NCBI RefSeq assembly: GCF_006345805.1
Contig: NW_021827874.1
Location: 1 to 9,664, forward strand
Direction: 5' to 3'
Source: Octopus sinensis
Lineage: Eukaryota
DNA length: 9,664 nt
Below the pieces are notes generated by a model that was not told the DNA's origin, did not search any database, and worked only from the letters and a program-made list of their open reading frames with translations. The number at the start of each line of letters is the position of its first letter. Position 1 is the stretch's first letter. Shown here piece by piece: positions 1 through 5,359 of the stretch. The position numbers and the translations under genes are program-made.

Positions 1-142
1 TGCTTATTGTTGTGAATAAACCGGCCGACAAACTTGCCACAGAAGCAGCAGTTGTGATGGATCTTCTCTGGATTGGTGCTCGAAATATTTTGGTAGAAAT
101 GAGGATGTATTTAAGGTAGTTTAGGCGGAGATATTTATACAT
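1..142 (-). CDS. CLPB: First exon of a second CLPB copy (rest of gene beyond the left window edge)
   Basis: ATG at 142..140. Bases 1..286 are identical to 7190..7475, which contain exon 1 of the complete copy. Exon is 22..142 under the GT-donor model. Whether the rest of this copy is intact cannot be seen. Confidence 0.8.
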   Translation of the reverse strand, partial: MYKYLRLNYLKYILISTKIFRAPIQRRSITTAASVASLSAGLFTTIS

Positions 143-417
143 TCAAAAGTGCAACAGAAATGTGAGAATAAATATTTTATTTGAAATAAATTATTTACAT
201 TTATAACTATTTTCAATGCAATAAAACTAGACATTTAGAAATGATGAATTATAAAAATTTTATTTTAAAAAATAGTATGAAAAGAAGACTGTCTCTAAAA
301 ATCTGTATAAGAATATTGAAATATACATTGTTGGGTGGGAGATATTGTGAAAGTAAGATTTTGTCTTTTAGACACCTCCACTCTTCTTGAGATTGCGATT
401 TTTTGGAGGCTGTCTAG

Positions 418-735
418 ATTATTATTATTAAGCACACCGCAAAATAACGTTAATAAAGTTATCTCGCTTGTGCCACCCTTCCTGGATGCGTTTTGTTATC
501 GCTTCAAAGTCCCTCTGTTCCTCGATAGTTTCCTCAGGTGCTTAAGATCGTCTGCTGAATTCAACTCTTTTCAAATCAAAGTTAGGTCTTGATACAGAAG
601 GGTTGCTAGAGTTCCTGGTCTTCCTCGGAAGGTCGTTTCCGGATGAAAAGTGTAGTGGTGTTCCATTGCGAGATTTGCGGGAGTTTTTCTGTCCATTATA
701 GGATGTGACCGAATAAGCCCCATCTACATGGGAGA
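418..735 (-). mobile_element. Old 3' remnant of an RTE-clade non-LTR retrotransposon with (TAA)n tail
   Basis: Minus-strand reading RWGLFGHIL..MDRKTPANLAMEHHY...FRGRPGTLATLLYQDL...SADDLKHLRKLSRNR fits the RTE C-terminal GHILR / RGRP / DL..LR.LA.DR signature. It has an internal stop and frameshifts, a stop at 459..461 and a tail of (ATT)4 at 418..429 on the plus strand. The 5' limit is approximate. Confidence 0.75.
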
Positions 736-2200
736 TGACTAAACATACTTCATTCCCAATTAAAAAATCGTATTTCGATTGATGAACATTCATTTTATTA
801 TTCATCCGTTTAAAATACGATAAATTTAAATTTGGTGGTGAAAAATTCATTAAAAAATCATTATGATCCAAGTTTTCTAGCATGCTTTATACAAATTTAT
901 CTGAAACGGATAAATATTGTATCATTACTTGTAATTGAGGACGATTTGGTCTTCCATAAATGTGTTTGATTTTGTTTTTAGGGCAAAAAGAATCAAGATA
1001 ATTATTCTTAAATTCCGTTTCATTATCTTTTTGTAGAATCTGTAGATCGTCTGTTTTTTCTTTATTAGGTAATAAAAAGTAAAAATAATTTTATTGCAAA
1101 AAATAATTATTAAACGCATGAATGAAATTAAATTTTCGTCAATATTTTTTGTCTTTCAAATAGCATTCACAGTTAATATGCAGAGTGGATTGTGCTTGGT
1201 CAAATAGTCTTAAAATTCACGAATTTTTAATTCAATTTGTGAAGTACAATGAATTGTAATAAAAACACTTTGTGAAGAATTTATTTTATATAAAAGTTTA
1301 TAATTTACCTTCAAATATTCAAAAAGAAATTTTGAATGTTAAACTTTTACGGCCAAAAAATTCATTTGAATCTGCATCATTAATTAAATTTTATGTAAAA
1401 TGATATCAAATATCAAAACATTGGATTATATAAATATATTTTTTGTTTTTGTTTTCAAAAACATGTTTCAAAAACAACAAGGATTTGCATCATGCTAAAT
1501 TTAAAATCAGTTGATCGTAAGAAACCAAATATTAACGATGATATTTTAATATTCAGATTTAGAAAAATTAGTTCTGATAAACAACACCATCCATTAATTG
1601 AATAATTTTTCCCTTATTTTTTTAAATTGATAAGAGGTACGGAAAATATTGTTTAGATACCAAGAAATAAACGTGGCAAAAATGTTTGAAAACTACTGGT
1701 TTAATACATAATGAAAGAAGAGATATACTGTTAAAATTATTGACTTAAACTTTGAATTTTTAAAGTTTTAATTTTGATTTTCTAATTTTTTTAAAATGCT
1801 AAAATCAAAAAAAAATAAAAAATTTCTCAAATAAATCAAAGAATTAGTTTTGAACTTACAAAAAATAAAGTCCATGTTAAATTGAAAGAGATTATTAAGA
1901 AAATGCTTTACAATATTGCGTATTCTGCTTATATGAAAATCTCATTCAGAAACGTGACAAATAAATTGTATTTTAAGAGTTCACGTGGACAACATGTGAA
2001 AATGTGAAAATGTTTAATTTTATTTAAAATAACGAGTCGTTTTTATTGCAGAACATTTACAGTTGTTATTAAATACTTGTCAGAATCATTTGTTGAATAA
2101 TAATTTCACGACTGAAATTTTGGAGGTTTATATTGAAAAAATAATTCAGTAATATATTTATTTTAAGACATTTTTGGATATTTTTTTAGAAATGTTAAGG

Positions 2201-4909
2201 TCAATAAGAAGAAGAACTGATGGCGATCCTGTTTCCCCTCACTATTGCTTGGGACACGTTCTGGAGGAGCCATCTTGTCTCCAGAGGATTGTGTGTTCTC
2301 AAGGTCTTGAAACGTCCAATACACTTGAGGAAGCACAACGACTCCTTCCCAATCGATTCCAGGGTTTCGACAGCAACCGCCGGAAAACGTAACGATCGGT
2401 GAGCCCATCATATTTCTTCTTCTTGATGTCCTTTGCTTTATCTGCAGCTGTGCCGGCATTGCAGGCACTTTCCAACATGTTTGTCTTGGACAAGGAGCCG
2501 GAACATGTTGAATCCCATACGAGAGGCTTTCCTTCCAAAAACGGAAAGATAGTCATCCCGTCTGGGCGTTTTCCATCTCCTCGGTCCAATCCAGGTGGTT
2601 CCAGCACTGATGGGAATCCGATTGAATCTAGAGCTCTTCTTATAACGTCGTTGAGAGCTGAATGACTCGGGAATCTACCAGCGCTTTTACGACAGGAAAG
2701 ATGGTGAAGTCCAAATTGATCAATCGATACACCACAGCGGAATTTGTGTGGTTCACAAACTTTGAGACCGATACGTAGACATATACCAACTCGCAGTGTG
2801 TCAGAATCCAAGAAAGTCCCCAAGCTTCCGATCGGGAAGGCTTCCAACCATTCTCCACTCCCCGTGGACCTCCCGGCAAGCAAGCATGCTCTACGATGTT
2901 GATTCGATTCTTTAGGAGACTTTCGAAGCGACCTTCGCACACAATCTTGTCATAACTCTTCTGCAAAGAGAAGTCCGACGGCAGCTTCGATTCGTTTGCG
3001 CTCAACTGTCAAAGTAGGCAGTCATCTTAGGTATTGAAGATTCGGGGAGGAGATGGAGAATCTTCCGAACCAGAGTTTGACTGCTGAACAGTGAAGACAG
3101 GAATGCGGGGCGGATCACATCGATAGGATTTCGGATGCCAAGACCTCCAAAGGAGACAGGAAGGGAAGCTTGTTTCCAGCCTTGATCGTCGAATTTGATG
3201 TTTATGATGCGTTCGGTTGTTTTCCGGAAAAGGACATTAATAGAATGAAGTTGATCATTTTCTAAGAAGCAGGGTGACCCCCGTAGCACATGATTTAATT
3301 TTTGGATGCCAAGGGCATTTTTGAGCAGGAAGAAGGCTCTTTTCCAGTAGCATTTCCTTAGTTTCAAGAGCGTCCTTGATTCCAACATCTGTCAATGGGC
3401 AGCCTAATATCTCCAGACTGATACTAGGCGTGATGGACGCTCCGGGAATTATCTCACTGAAAAAGGAAACAATAACCTCGAATTCATCACGACGGAACCT
3501 AAAATTAATGATTTCACTTTTTGAAGTGTTCAGTATAAGACCAACGCATTCAAGTCTCGGAATTAGGTCAACGAACGTCTTGAAAACAGTTTCGGGATGA
3601 CCTCCGAGGGTGCAGTAATCAAGGTACCAAACATTCAGCGGGGTTGAGCAGCTCTTAACAATGTGATCAATTCCAAGGCAAAAGAGAACAGGACCCAAAG
3701 GGTCTCTTTGTTGAACCCCCGAGGACGAGGAAATATGGTAAGGGCCATGGACGAGGGTGGATGGTTTCGCGTATGAGCTAAGAACATAGTTGTATATTTC
3801 GGGACAAAATTCAAGACTGTTCTGCAATATAGAGTCGCGGCGAATAGTGTTAAATGCATTACGGATGTCCAATTTAACAATAATATGGGGAGTATTGTTG
3901 TTTATGTGGTTGAATTCACGGATTCCGTGTATTGCAGCTTCACAACCTCCTGGGGTACCAACTCCAAGTTGAATAGGGAACATTAGCAGGCTTAATGTTG
4001 GGATAACAGCCCTGCATGCCATCTTTGAAGCTAGCCGACGGAAGACAGATCCAACTGCAATGGGTCGAACAACCCCTCCTTTCTTTTCTAGCGTGATCAG
4101 TTTTGCAGAGAAGAAAAAGTGACGGACTAGCTCTGGAAGATCTCCCAAAAGCATTCTGTTGATAAGAGAACAGATCGACGAAAGAAGCCGAGATCCCGAG
4201 TTTCCAGTGTCCGGCGAGATCAAGTCCTTAAGATGTCCTGGTCGCAGCCTGTCTAGATTTGCCCCGCTGCTTGGAGCGAAGGATAAAATTCCGGCTTTAA
4301 TGTCATCGTCCGAGACAGACAATGGCTGAAGAATCCCTGGGAGAGGTGGATTTCGTGAGTCGCTTGGAGCGGCCGGATGTCGATCCAGGAGAGCTTCATG
4401 AGTCTCAATTGAAGGCTTCAGGAATGGACTATCACTGGAGAGCACTCTCAAAGCCGAGCGTATTCCCCCTTCCAATAATTTAGAATGAATGGTCCTCCGT
4501 AAGTGTATCTCTTCAGAAAGTGTATCCTTTGGTATCTTTCGATGACTCTTCACAGTAGCCGGTTGTAATGGGGGATCAATCACCGTAAGTCCGGAATCAA
4601 ACAGGCGTATGTTTTCTTTGACGGACGATGACAAAGATCTACCACGAATTGTAGAACCAGAAGGTAAGCCCAAAACACAAGGGACAAAACAAAGCAGGCG
4701 GACCCAGTAACTGATGTCGTTCGAATGCTGGCTGAAAGGCAGTCGGCAACAGTTAAACGAGCTCCTCTGGGGATCCTTCTTGAGGATGACCATTTATAAA
4801 TCGTGTCAAGTAGGCGTTCGTGATCCAACGGTACAGTGCAGGCAGTTTGATTGAAGGAGCAGTGCCAGCTGGAAGGCATAGGTGACAGGGTAATCTCCAA
4901 TTTTAGGCA
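2201..4909 (-). pseudogene. Frameshifted RT-zinc knuckle-RLE polyprotein of the CRE-like element
   Basis: ORF-track pieces 4580..4900, 3255..4793, 3002..3388, 2640..3005, 2299..2940 plus a final frame to 2201. Consecutive pieces are in different frames (five shifts, near 4710, 3337, 3005, 2890, 2375). Catalytic YLDD reads TAC CTT GAT TAC (YLDY, 3615..3626). QGDP reads QRDP, and the first knuckle Cys reads Phe. Confidence 0.9.
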
Positions 4910-5037
4910 TACTATAAATTTCGACGTATAAGCAATAGATTTTAATTATTTTTTCATTTTTTATTAATTTAAGTTAATTTTAATGGATTTGTCTATTGAA
5001 TTGTCTGGATTTTCATATTTTTTAAGAATAAAAATTA

Positions 5038-5200
5038 AGCCAATGGGAAATGTTAGTAAGGGCCTTCTTAGAAACTCCTCGCATGACATGTGAAGGAGCC
5101 TTGAGCACGCTGAACAAGTGATCGTTCTCTTTCTCGTGTTAATTATGTTGCATTTTTCGCACGGATGGCTGTTTTTCTTATTTACCTCATTAATCTTCAT
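5038..5200 (-). pseudogene. Broken PHD-finger-like coding segment
   Basis: ATG at 5200, then C-x2-C-x11-C-x2-C-x4-H-x2-C (CEKCNIINTRKRTITCSACSRLLHMSC). A one-base shift continues GVSKKALTNISHWL, the expected run-up to the final W-x-C-x2-C, and the sequence is then cut by AT-rich DNA. Confidence 0.6.
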
Positions 5201-5263
5201 TGCACTGACTCTGTATTGAAAATAGTGAATGCACCACACCACGTTAAAATTATAATTTCAAAA

Positions 5264-5312
5264 AAATAACCACAGGAATAACCACAAAAATATAAATAAA
5301 TAACCACAGGAA
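5264..5312. repeat. Three copies of AATAACCACA (TGTGGTTATT on the minus strand) downstream of the CLPB stop
   Basis: Copies at 5265..5274, 5277..5286 and 5299..5308. Copies 1 and 3 extend to AAATAACCACAGGAA. Confidence 0.85.
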
Positions 5313-5359
5313 ATCAAAAATATTTTAAAATCATAAATTTAGTCAAATGGAGCAAACTC

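Larger units (their letters stand above)
1..2192. repeat. Left copy of direct segmental duplication (CLPB exon 1 + upstream region), open to the left
   Basis: Colinear with 7190..9090. Identical over 1..286, then substitutions and indels. The last shared bases are GGATATTTTTTTAGAAA, ending at 2192 / 9090. Confidence 0.95.
2193..5243 (-). mobile_element. Decayed CRE-clade (RLE-type) non-LTR retrotransposon; 5' boundary approximate (could be about 4910 if the PHD segment is separate)
   Basis: Pieces in shifting frames: RRIPRGARL; pre-RT block SFAPSSGANLDRLRPGHLKDL; RT motifs VRPIAVGSVFRRL, KLDIRNAFNTI, GVQQRDPLGP, WYLDY; LPVSFGGLG; LRVGICLRIG; zinc knuckle region HKFRCG-x8-HHLSC; RLE block HSALNDVIRRAL...LEPPGL...DGKRPDG...GKPLVWDSTC; terminus AVETL...QNVSQAIVRENRIAI, stop at 2203..2201. 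Confidence 0.9.

Noticed and set aside
369-417. Helitron 3' end (hairpin + CTAG)
   Set aside because: CTAG overlaps the stem instead of following it, the next base is A rather than T, and no 5' TC end can be supported.
335-1119. ORFs 335..592, 542..883 and 925..1119 as genes
   Set aside because: They overlap the RTE remnant in the wrong frame or strand, or are low-complexity AT-rich sequence. They are largely deleted or disrupted in the second copy.
2163-3972. ORFs 2174..2392, 2220..2402, 2399..2665, 3376..3600, 3635..3880, 3790..3972 (plus) and 2163..2468 (minus)
   Set aside because: Antisense or alternate-frame shadows of the retrotransposon, with no recognisable motifs.
3255-4793. Intact RT gene, or group II intron / retron / DGR / defence RT
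   Set aside because: The downstream CCHC-like knuckle and PD..D RLE motifs and the eukaryotic context identify a non-LTR retrotransposon. Catalytic YLDD is mutated and the ORF is frameshifted. No ncRNA or variable-repeat pair is visible.
5339-5348. TTAGTCAAAT matching the small CRE insertion's TSD, near the large element's 5' side
   Set aside because: There is no counterpart at the 2192 junction and it lies about 100 nt from the apparent element end. An AT-rich 10-mer match is plausible by chance in this window.
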